Shown: in pieces, positions 25,337-33,329 of the stretch
Position numbering within the stretch: position 1 is the first letter of the stretch
How the letters are laid out: each line of letters starts with the position of its first letter
Assembly: GCA_013043915.1 (NCBI GenBank)
Contig: JABEVH010000207.1
Location: forward strand, 1 to 44,079
Source: Pseudomonadales bacterium
GTDB taxonomy: Bacteria; Pseudomonadota; Gammaproteobacteria; Pseudomonadales; Moraxellaceae
DNA: 44,079 bases
Direction: 5' to 3'
Program-made: the position numbers and the translations under genes
Notes under the pieces: generated by a model
Seen by the model: only the letters and a program-made list of their open reading frames with translations
Databases searched by the model: none
Told to the model about the DNA's origin: nothing

Positions 25337-28044
25337 GAGCTGCTCCGTAATTCTTGGCGTATGATTTTCCCGCTAGAACCATCCATGCGAACATGCTCGC
25401 CATCCTTAATACAACGTGTGATGCCTGGAATGCCGACAATGGCGGGTATACCGAGCTCCCGCGCCACCACGGCCGAGTGGGAAAGTGTCGAGCCGCGCTC
25501 AACCAGCAGTCCGCCAACCGTTGGAAATAAAGGGGCCCATCCTGGATCAGTTCTCATGGTGCATAAGATTTGGCCATTGAGGCTCAGTTCATCTTCGGGA
25601 GAGAAAATAAGCCGCACCGGGGCTTCGACGATGCCCGGGTAACATCCCGTCCCCTTTAACTCTAGTCCATCGGCTGACAGGGCTGAATCTTCTTCCGGTC
25701 CATGATAGGGCCCGGGGTGATTGGCCATACCGTAGGTCCACACCTGGGGCCCGGGTTCCTGATCACTATAACGAGCATATTCCTGCTGTCTCAGTTGAAC
25801 CAGGCCTGGTAGATTAGTCTGAATGGCTCGTCCATCATGCAGCGCATAAATTTCATCCAGGGTCAGATAAAAAATATCGCGGGCTTGAGTTAAGTAAGCA
25901 CTGCTTGCCAACTGCTGCCCTAATTCCAAAAAAATATCTCGGTATAAACCGAATAAACGTGTGCGCGCCAGACGCATGCTCTCACGATAACGAACAGCAT
26001 GGCGCAGTTGTTGCAGTTGGTGCTGAAACCGGCGCAACGGCCGAGAACCTAAGCGTTCCTTGATGCGGGCAAATGCTTGAGCTTCAGCCTCGGATCGGAA
26101 GCCGGCCTCGCGCAGGGTCAATGTGTCCGGACCCAAGTCATCACGGGTCAGATAATTGCGCAAAATGGCAAAGAGAAAAGAGGGATCCTGGCGCAGGGTC
26201 ATAGATTCAAGTTTTAGCTCCCCCATGCACCGGTCACCGTAGCACTCAATATAAGCCTGGCACTGCTCATAAAACGTAGGATCAAGAATCTGTAACCTTG
26301 CCAGTATCATGCTTTGGTCACTGGCCTCGACCAAGGCCCGTGCGGGTGGATGTAGCCTCAGGTAGGCGCACATACGCAGCAGCATCTTGGTGGGTTCAGT
26401 ACTTTCGATGCCCTCTTCACCTGAGAGGAGGTTGTTTTGTAACAATGAGGGCTCAGAAAATCCAGCAGCAACCAGGGTTCGATGTACACGCCCATTCATC
26501 ATCATGACATAGAAATCATTGATGATAGGGGTGGTCCAGCGTTGCAAAAGTTCAAGATCCAGCTGTTTTAAGGTGCTTACCAGGGCTGCACTGTCCAGCG
26601 TATGCAACAGGTTACGGTCGATATGGGCATAGACGTTCTCAAAGTGTTCACGAAAATTGCGAACGCGCGCCTCCATGTTTTGAAAGCCCAAAAAGAGATG
26701 GAACAGGGCACGCAAAACCTGAGGCAGGCGGTGCAGTTTTTCCCGCCAGCTGAACGTGGTGTCCTGAATCAGATCCACAGGCTGAGTCAGGCCCATCATG
26801 CGTTCCATGTCGGCCTTGTTGGTCCGAAATGAGGGCAAAAGCAGAAGGCCACGATACCAGTTATTGATGTTGTAGTAGATGCGTCCATGCAGCAAGCCCA
26901 ACATATTGCCGAGCATGGAGCGATGGGCTTCAATAACGTGTTCAGATATGCCCAGAATACGCATGGTCTGTTCATACACGGTGGCATAGGCTTGGCTAGC
27001 AAAAGAGAACGTCAGGGGAGTCGTGACGCCACAATAGGACTCTTGAATATTGGCATTATCAAATACCGTCAGGGGGGTGGTTTCCTGCGGCGCAGGTAAC
27101 TGGGTAATCGGTCGGGTTTGCAGGATAAAAAATTGACCTTGCCGGTAAGTCCATTCAATATCCTGCGGGGCGCGTTGCAGATGGGCAATGCGTAATCCAA
27201 TATCGCGCAGGTTGAGTATGTTTTCAGGGCTAAGGCAGGGTTCCTGCCGGCGTACCAGATCTACCGTGCTTTCGCAGGTTCCTTGGCCTTTCGCATGATC
27301 AAATATGAGAGCCGTATCTTTCTCGGCGATCTGTGACTTGATATGACTATCAAATAGTCCCACGCTATAATCATCGGCATTGCACAGGCCGCTGACCAGA
27401 CCTTCCCCCAGACCCCAGGTGGCTGAAATCAAAGCCTGGTCCCTCTGGCCAGTGACCGGGTGTGCGGTAAACATCACCCCGGAGACCTCACCGTCCACCA
27501 TATCCTGCAAGATAATGGCAGAGCGTATATCGTCCAGAGGCAAGCCACGTGTCAAGCGATACTGCAAGGCACGGGCATTATAGGCGGATGCGGCTACATG
27601 CAAGATGGCGGCTTCGAGATGGCCAAGTCCTCGCTGAAACAGCAGGCTATCCATCTGACCGGCAAACGAGGCGCCTTCGGCATCTTCGCCGACGACCGAG
27701 GAACGTACAGCAAGGAAGAGGTCTTCACGGCCTGTTAGCCAAGTCTTTAGAGGGTGGCGCAGATCATCAGGAAAAGTAGCCTGATACCAGAGAGACTGGA
27801 TTTGGTGGGCGGCAACTTCGATTTCCTGGAAACTTGACGTGCGATGTATTCCTTGCATAGACCGCTGGATCTGGTCATGCAAACCCAGCTGTTGCAGGAG
27901 CAGTGCCCAGGCTTGGGTGGTAAGCACGGCCCAGCGCGGCACAGCTAGTCCTGCGCGTGTCAATTCAGCTAGATGAGCGGCTTTGCCACCCAGAGCATCG
28001 GTACCTAATCCCAGGGCCTGTTCCTGTGTCAATAACATATTCAT
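25333..28044 (-). CDS. PEP-utilising-enzyme family phosphotransferase with rifampicin-phosphotransferase-like architecture (N-terminal ATP-grasp, central domain, C-terminal swivel His domain)
   Basis: The N-terminus has LGGKAAHLAEL..., AVRSSVVGEDAEGASFAGQ, GVMFTAHPVTG...WGLGEGLVSG and PQDIEWTY..FFILQTRPIT. The C-terminus has GIVEAPVRLI...ILCTMRTDPGWAPLF...GGLLVERGSTLSHSAVVARELGIPAIVG (phospho-His motif). It has no C-terminal PEP/pyruvate TIM-barrel, so it is not a true PpsA. Confidence 0.8.
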   Translation of the reverse strand: MNMLLTQEQALGLGTDALGGKAAHLAELTRAGLAVPRWAVLTTQAWALLLQQLGLHDQIQRSMQGIHRTSSFQEIEVAAHQIQSLWYQATFPDDLRHPLKTWLTGREDLFLAVRSSVVGEDAEGASFAGQMDSLLFQRGLGHLEAAILHVAASAYNARALQYRLTRGLPLDDIRSAIILQDMVDGEVSGVMFTAHPVTGQRDQALISATWGLGEGLVSGLCNADDYSVGLFDSHIKSQIAEKDTALIFDHAKGQGTCESTVDLVRRQEPCLSPENILNLRDIGLRIAHLQRAPQDIEWTYRQGQFFILQTRPITQLPAPQETTPLTVFDNANIQESYCGVTTPLTFSFASQAYATVYEQTMRILGISEHVIEAHRSMLGNMLGLLHGRIYYNINNWYRGLLLLPSFRTNKADMERMMGLTQPVDLIQDTTFSWREKLHRLPQVLRALFHLFLGFQNMEARVRNFREHFENVYAHIDRNLLHTLDSAALVSTLKQLDLELLQRWTTPIINDFYVMMMNGRVHRTLVAAGFSEPSLLQNNLLSGEEGIESTEPTKMLLRMCAYLRLHPPARALVEASDQSMILARLQILDPTFYEQCQAYIECYGDRCMGELKLESMTLRQDPSFLFAILRNYLTRDDLGPDTLTLREAGFRSEAEAQAFARIKERLGSRPLRRFQHQLQQLRHAVRYRESMRLARTRLFGLYRDIFLELGQQLASSAYLTQARDIFYLTLDEIYALHDGRAIQTNLPGLVQLRQQEYARYSDQEPGPQVWTYGMANHPGPYHGPEEDSALSADGLELKGTGCYPGIVEAPVRLIFSPEDELSLNGQILCTMRTDPGWAPLFPTVGGLLVERGSTLSHSAVVARELGIPAIVGIPGITRCIKDGEHVRMDGSSGKIIRQELRSSS

Positions 28045-30776
28045 AACACCGTTCCCTCATGAGACCAGAGATCCCGAAAACTGCGGTAGGCTCGCTCCAT
28101 GAATCCATAGTGACGGAAGGTGTGTGCCATCAGATACAGGGGCATGCGGGTTACCATGATATCCATCAGAGCCAGGGTGTAGCCGCGACGCCAACGAACC
28201 GGATCCAGCGTTTGCCCGCTGTGACGCTCAAGTTCTTGTCGATGCAGCTCGATATAGTGTTCTACATCATGGGTATCTACCGGGTCATACAGCGTAAAGC
28301 CTAGCAACTCCACCAAATCATGTTGAGGAAGATGTAAGGTGGCTAGTTCCCAGTCATAGGCACATAGCCGCAAACTGCCGTCTTTCAGGCGACGGAAGGC
28401 GATATTGCGCGGATTAAAGTCATTGTGGACCAGGGTACGTGGCATGGTTTCGATCTCAGGCCACCAGTGCTCAAGGGTATGAACAACGCTGCGAAACTTC
28501 GACAGGTCATCTTCTGAGAACCATTCTGGAAACTCTTCCCGGGCATGTGCACCGAGCAGTTCCCAGAGTCGAAGTTTGTCCTGCATGCCATGGGCATGAG
28601 GGTAATCGACCAACCAGGGTTGCTGTTTGAGTTCATCTTCGCGCCCAAGCCAGATACTGTGAACTTCGGCTATGCCCCTAATGGCGGCATCAATATGTTC
28701 GCGCGTCCAGGAGGACGTATCATCCGCTGTGTCCATGAGTTCAAGCCAGGTCAGATGTTCCTGGATGAGTACATAGGCCTCACGTTCAGTATCGGCAAGT
28801 ACGCCGTAGGTGATAGGTGCATGACGCTGAAAGCGTGGATCCTGCTGGCTCATGACCATCAGTTCACGCGTATGACAGCCCCGGAATCCCAAGTGTTGCT
28901 TGCAGCGGTTGAACTCTTGCGCCAAACGGGGGTTGCACATGGCGGCAAGGCTATTGAGCATGAGAATGACTTCGTCATCCAGGGGTTTGATCTTGACCAT
29001 CACATCCAGGTTGCCGGCGCTAGTTTTGAGCCGAAAAGGAAAGTGCCCCAGGATTTTATTGACTTTGTGAGAAGTCAGTTCGGTGATAATGCTTGATCCC
29101 GCCATCTTGATGGTTAGCGCAGTAACCTCCTGCACACGCAGCGTATGTAACCCGGTAGCTGCGATAATGCTATCGAAGAACTGCGCATCTAGCTGACCGA
29201 GTTTGAGATGATCGACCGGTCGATTGCGCCCGAGTTTTTCATGGGCGCGTGCAAACTGGTCAGAAGCGATGGCAGACAGGGTAGAGATATCCAGGGCAAG
29301 ACAGTAACCAGCCATAATTTCAGCCAGCTTATGGGCCTTACCGGGGCCAGCACAGCCCATGATGTCCAGGCATTCACGTTGTTGTGGCAAATTGGTACCA
29401 CCTCCTACGGTACCTATGACCAGGGAGGGTAACATCATGGTGCAATAGACATCCCCAGCTTCGGTGAGCTCCATATGCAGTTGGGCCAAGGCTGACTCAT
29501 GAACACAGGCAATATCCTGACCCAGAGCCGTGAAGAGAGCGGCGATCACGTTGGCAACGTTGATGTTCATACCGACCATGCCGCCAGCAATTGATCCGGC
29601 ACAACAGTAGTTGTAGGCGGAAACCAGTTGCCTTGGCGATACTTTCAGGATGCGCTCACAGATGTCTTGTCGAAGCAGCGCTTCGGCGACGACACGTATG
29701 CCCCGGCCATTTAAGAAGGTCTGGTAGGTCACCTTTTTGTCGTTGGACAGATTGGCATCGATGAGAAAGTTCTCAACGCGCAGCCCCTCAAATCCCTGAA
29801 TAGATTTCAGGATCCATTGGCAAATCTGCCAGCTGCATGTAGTCGTCATGTTCTGTCCGGCAGCATCGCCAGTACGATAAATCAGGTGTACATGCACAGA
29901 CCTCCCAAAAACAAAGGGACGCACGGCACGCAGGCTTGCGTAGTTGGAATAGCGCTGTGTTTCGGTTGCCATTTCATCAAAGTGATCCTTCACCCACTCG
30001 GCAAAAAAAAGGGCATTGGCCATGTCACCGAAGACAAATACCGGCACCCGCATCATGCGCTGCTCAATCACGCGAGCTGCGACGCCCCCGGATCGCGACA
30101 GCGCTGTGGCTCCCCGCGTTGTTGAAGCCACCAGAGCTCCCTCAGACGTGGCCATGGGTGCATAATACAGACCTTGCGCGTGTTCTCCGCGCAGATGCAA
30201 GGGACCGGCGATGCCGACGGGAACCTCTACGGAGCCAATCAGCGCCTCGATATTACTGACGAGCTTGCGTGGATCCAGGCTAAGCTTACTCACCGATTCA
30301 AGCTGACAACGCGTTTGTTCGCGTACAAATCCCAAACGTTCCTGTCGCGCCTCTTCGGTATAAAGACCTCGCGCCGGTATCTTGGGTAAATTGGTTTCAT
30401 CATAAATCGTGGGGTCGGATGGGGTGTTGCAAGAGCGCATCAGGTAACAGATTTCCCAGAGCTGATGGCGTGTCTCCGTACAGTCATCGCCATGAAGGAA
30501 TAATTCCCAGCCCCCTTCCTTGCGCTCTACACAACGGTGTACAGACATTCCCGGTATTTCAAAACGCCTGGATTCAACATCCAGTTGCAGTTCGCTAAGA
30601 TGTTCTCCCTCCTCAGGCGGTTCCTGTCTGGCATCAAGCCAGCAGATTAGCTGATTGCGGCCGATAGCATGAGGCGTGGCTTGAATGGGCTTTCCTTGCG
30701 TGGTCCAAGCTTGAATACGAGCACCCGCCGTAAATCCATAACGCGTGGTGTATCCGTAAGCAGGTAATTGTGACAT
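28041..30776 (-). CDS. Tri-partite fusion: unknown N-terminal domain (~130 aa), class-I-like HMG-CoA reductase catalytic domain, and C-terminal APH-type (aminoglycoside/choline-kinase-like) phosphotransferase domain
   Basis: HMGR blocks are IEALIGSVEVPVGIAGPL, MATSEGALVAST, DAAGQNM, SNDKKV...NGRG, GTVGGGT and the C-terminal His (ARAHEKLGRN). The kinase catalytic loop is LVHNDFNPRNIAF, and the metal-binding motif is AYDWELA. Confidence 0.8.
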   Translation of the reverse strand: MSQLPAYGYTTRYGFTAGARIQAWTTQGKPIQATPHAIGRNQLICWLDARQEPPEEGEHLSELQLDVESRRFEIPGMSVHRCVERKEGGWELFLHGDDCTETRHQLWEICYLMRSCNTPSDPTIYDETNLPKIPARGLYTEEARQERLGFVREQTRCQLESVSKLSLDPRKLVSNIEALIGSVEVPVGIAGPLHLRGEHAQGLYYAPMATSEGALVASTTRGATALSRSGGVAARVIEQRMMRVPVFVFGDMANALFFAEWVKDHFDEMATETQRYSNYASLRAVRPFVFGRSVHVHLIYRTGDAAGQNMTTTCSWQICQWILKSIQGFEGLRVENFLIDANLSNDKKVTYQTFLNGRGIRVVAEALLRQDICERILKVSPRQLVSAYNYCCAGSIAGGMVGMNINVANVIAALFTALGQDIACVHESALAQLHMELTEAGDVYCTMMLPSLVIGTVGGGTNLPQQRECLDIMGCAGPGKAHKLAEIMAGYCLALDISTLSAIASDQFARAHEKLGRNRPVDHLKLGQLDAQFFDSIIAATGLHTLRVQEVTALTIKMAGSSIITELTSHKVNKILGHFPFRLKTSAGNLDVMVKIKPLDDEVILMLNSLAAMCNPRLAQEFNRCKQHLGFRGCHTRELMVMSQQDPRFQRHAPITYGVLADTEREAYVLIQEHLTWLELMDTADDTSSWTREHIDAAIRGIAEVHSIWLGREDELKQQPWLVDYPHAHGMQDKLRLWELLGAHAREEFPEWFSEDDLSKFRSVVHTLEHWWPEIETMPRTLVHNDFNPRNIAFRRLKDGSLRLCAYDWELATLHLPQHDLVELLGFTLYDPVDTHDVEHYIELHRQELERHSGQTLDPVRWRRGYTLALMDIMVTRMPLYLMAHTFRHYGFMERAYRSFRDLWSHEGTVL

Positions 30777-30786
30777 ACGCGCAGCC

Positions 30787-31728
30787 TTAAGTTCCGTGGG
30801 CTGTCAGGCAGACAGCCATGATGACGCCATACCCCATCAGCATATTCATGGCAACGGCTTTTTCATTAGCTTTGCGCTGAGCGCTGGAGGGGTTGTTCTG
30901 GTAGTGATGTACTTGTCGTAGGGCCATGGCCCAACTTGCAATGATCAAACCCAGCATCCATAGCGGTAACTGCGGAAACAGTTCAAGCAGCAGGGCGCTT
31001 TGCAACAGCAACATGCCGGACACCAACCCCATGATGACCTTGGCGGCGAGGTGAGGGCCAAAAATTTTTGAGTAGGAGTCGACTCCTTCCTGTTCTTCCT
31101 CGGGTCCTTTGGTTTTGCGAGTGATTTCAAAGCAAAAACCGCTGGCAAAGGCCAGTAACATAAGCGTGATCAGAGAGGTATCTGGCAGGATGGAGGGAAC
31201 GGCCATTCGGGCCAGCCAGAAAACAATCAGGGGCATGACCAGCATATGTGAGATGGCATACCAGGTCAGGTGGCGAGTTAACCAGTCAGCTATAAAAAAT
31301 TCACGGGTCATCAGCACAGTCCAGGTAGCCATGATGCCCCAGGCGATGAGAATGGCTCCATGGGCATCGAAAACAAGAGCAAATCCCACTTGCATGAGTA
31401 CGCAGAGAAGAGCTATCCACCTCAAATCGCGTAGCGTGATCAGTCCTTGCTGTAATACCCGTTCAGGGTGGTGCAGGCAGTCACCGCTATAGTCCTTATG
31501 TTCATCCAGAATGCGTAGCGTTAAAAAGAAACTCCATGTCACTAAAGCACCCAGCACATCATAGGCATGCAGTAGTGGCCTCAGATGCATGGTTTGCCTG
31601 CTGACCACCGCCGTGGTGGCGTACAGGATAAAAAACAACAGGGCATTGGGGAGAGCAAAGCGTTCATGAACCCAGGCCATAAAACGTTGAACCCAGGGGC
31701 TTTGAAGGGTTAGTGAATTTGAAGGCAT
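30787..31728 (-). CDS. UbiA-superfamily prenyltransferase-like integral membrane protein
   Basis: It has 8-9 TM helices. The first Asp-rich loop is RILDEHKDYSGD...HPERVLQQGLI, and a second acidic loop is EEEQEGVDSYSKIFG. It is the first gene of the operon. Confidence 0.65.
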   Translation of the reverse strand: MPSNSLTLQSPWVQRFMAWVHERFALPNALLFFILYATTAVVSRQTMHLRPLLHAYDVLGALVTWSFFLTLRILDEHKDYSGDCLHHPERVLQQGLITLRDLRWIALLCVLMQVGFALVFDAHGAILIAWGIMATWTVLMTREFFIADWLTRHLTWYAISHMLVMPLIVFWLARMAVPSILPDTSLITLMLLAFASGFCFEITRKTKGPEEEQEGVDSYSKIFGPHLAAKVIMGLVSGMLLLQSALLLELFPQLPLWMLGLIIASWAMALRQVHHYQNNPSSAQRKANEKAVAMNMLMGYGVIMAVCLTAHGT

Positions 31729-31750
31729 AAAACTAGCTCCGAAAAAAAAC

Positions 31751-31779
31751 TAAATAGCCAGAATCTGCACAGCTGGCAA
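31751..31779 (-). promoter_or_regulatory. Candidate sigma70-type promoter for the UbiA-led operon (TTGCCA-N17-TATTTA)
   Basis: Read on the minus strand, TTGCCA is at 31779-31774, followed by a 17-nt spacer and TATTTA at 31756-31751. This lies about 23 nt upstream of ATG 31728, with GGAG 8 nt before the ATG. The call is motif-only. Confidence 0.25.
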
Positions 31780-31886
31780 TCTTTGGTACTTAAATAGCTA
31801 TTAACTTGTCAGTATAGGAGAACTGTGAGCGCTTACCGCCCATTAAACAGGAAAGCTGATGAGATCTTGAGAAGAATGTTTTTAGC

Positions 31887-32807
31887 TCAGAACGTCAAAC
31901 TTAAGATCACCCCCAGTTCTTCATTCGGGAAGATATTGTCGGTATGGGTATAATAGTCGCTGTAGAAGCGCAAGAGTGTACTGCCTGCCGGATGGAGTTC
32001 CAGATAAACGCTGACATACTGAGTGGCATTTAAGGTATCCACCGTCGGCGGTTGGTAGTTGAAGGTAATCCCTGGCCATAGATAGCGATAGGCTGTACAC
32101 GCCATATCCAGTGAGGCGTAGGGAAAACTATGGTAGTTCTCCGCATTACTGCCGACATGGGTATAGCCGCCAGTCAAGGTGGTTTGCAGGTCATGAAGTC
32201 GGGCTGTGGTGGCAAACTCGGCGCTGATGTCGCGTGTCCCGGTCCCCAATCCTGATGAGGCATCACCGTTATCATTTTTGCCCACGATGCCGACGTATCC
32301 GCTCCAGACAGAACCCAGGCTCCAGTTTCTCAAGAACTCCAGGCTGATATCCGACCATCCTGTCGCCATTTGATCTGATTGGGAATGGATACGAATATGG
32401 TGAGTACGACAATAATTAATTTCAGCTGAGGTCAAGAGGCCGCGCGCTATTTGTTCCCGAATCTGCTTCGGCTTCAATCCTGCCAATCGTCGGCAGAGTA
32501 GTCGAGGTGAGGGCCCCAAACTCGTGATATAGGTGTTGCCCAAAATACGCTGATAGGGCGCAATCAGGGCCAGTTCCCAAGGACCGTGATCGATGAAAGG
32601 GCGAAGCGTCATGGTCTCTAAGGTGCTAGTGCTGGTGTTATAGGCTTGGTGCTCAAGGCTGGGCGTAAGGGTCATTCCCGGAGACCAAGAATTTAGCTGG
32701 GCCGGTGTGGCGTAAAAATCCAGGATTTCGTCATCGTTTAAACTCGTGTCAGCCAGGCAAGCGCAAGAAACTACCAGACTGAGTCCAAGTATCCATTTCA
32801 CCCACAT
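31887..32807 (-). CDS. Putative outer-membrane beta-barrel protein (unknown family)
   Basis: It has a signal peptide (MWVKWILGLSLVVSCACLA), alternating aromatic/hydrophilic beta-strand-like segments, and the terminal ...VILSLTF with a C-terminal Phe typical of OMPs. It lies 27 nt downstream of the DUF3106 gene. Confidence 0.45.
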   Translation of the reverse strand: MWVKWILGLSLVVSCACLADTSLNDDEILDFYATPAQLNSWSPGMTLTPSLEHQAYNTSTSTLETMTLRPFIDHGPWELALIAPYQRILGNTYITSLGPSPRLLCRRLAGLKPKQIREQIARGLLTSAEINYCRTHHIRIHSQSDQMATGWSDISLEFLRNWSLGSVWSGYVGIVGKNDNGDASSGLGTGTRDISAEFATTARLHDLQTTLTGGYTHVGSNAENYHSFPYASLDMACTAYRYLWPGITFNYQPPTVDTLNATQYVSVYLELHPAGSTLLRFYSDYYTHTDNIFPNEELGVILSLTF

Positions 32808-32834
32808 AAACCAACATAGCTCACGCCTCGCACC

Positions 32835-33329
32835 TTACTGGCGCAATTTCATGATCATATCACGGCGCATTTGTTGTCGTTCAGCCGGGCTGGCATTTTT
32901 GAATTTGTCATGTAAGGCTTGACGCTCCTGCGGCGTCATATTAGCCCAGGCCTGACGTAATGCCTTTTGTTGGTCTTCAGGAAGACTCATGAACCAGCGA
33001 AAACGATCACGTATCCGCGCCTGTTCTGCAGGGGGGAGGTGCTGAAATTTTTCAAAGCGTTCGCGCAGTCGCAGTTTCTGCTCTTCCGGCAAGGCTTGCC
33101 AGCGTTCAAAACGTGCACGAACATCAGCTTGTTCGTCAGGAGACATGCGCTGGTAACTGGCAAAGCGCTGTAGTATACGTTCGCGCTGTACTGCCGGTAG
33201 GGTATTCCAGCGCGGGGCTAAAGGGGCCAAAAGCTGCTGAGTAGCTGGCGGCAACGTATTCCAGTCAGGGGCATCAGCCTGAGCCAATAAACTGGCCAGG
33301 CTCAAGCAAAACAGGATCCAAAGTTTCAT
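32835..33329 (-). CDS. DUF3106-like secreted repeat protein
   Basis: It has a signal peptide and about 7 degenerate ~20-aa repeats of the form [WF]xx[LM]PxxEQxxxRxRF (for example RFERWQALPEEQKLRLRERFEKFQHLPPAEQARIRDRFRWFMSLPEDQQ). It has the usual genomic partners, an ECF sigma factor and DUF3619. Confidence 0.65.
   Translation of the reverse strand: MKLWILFCLSLASLLAQADAPDWNTLPPATQQLLAPLAPRWNTLPAVQRERILQRFASYQRMSPDEQADVRARFERWQALPEEQKLRLRERFEKFQHLPPAEQARIRDRFRWFMSLPEDQQKALRQAWANMTPQERQALHDKFKNASPAERQQMRRDMIMKLRQ

Noticed and set aside
25333-28044. Reading this gene as the gluconeogenic phosphoenolpyruvate synthase PpsA
   Set aside because: The phospho-His swivel domain is C-terminal, there is no PEP/pyruvate-binding TIM-barrel, and the length is 903 aa. 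This is the RPH-type layout rather than PpsA or PPDK.
28545-29096. 183-aa plus-strand ORF antisense to the kinase domain of the HMGR fusion
   Set aside because: The opposite strand carries strong catalytic motifs (HNDFNPRN, DWE). The antisense ORF has no recognisable features and is most simply a shadow ORF.
28041-30776. Taking the HMG-CoA reductase domain as evidence for a complete mevalonate pathway operon
   Set aside because: No HMG-CoA synthase, GHMP-family mevalonate or phosphomevalonate kinase, diphosphomevalonate decarboxylase or IPP isomerase is present anywhere in the window. The surrounding genes are lipid head-group enzymes instead.
31109-31492. 127-aa plus-strand ORF antisense to the UbiA-like gene. 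The same applies to 41928..42326, which is antisense to mshG.
   Set aside because: These are shadow ORFs opposite well-supported membrane-protein genes, with no start context or motifs.
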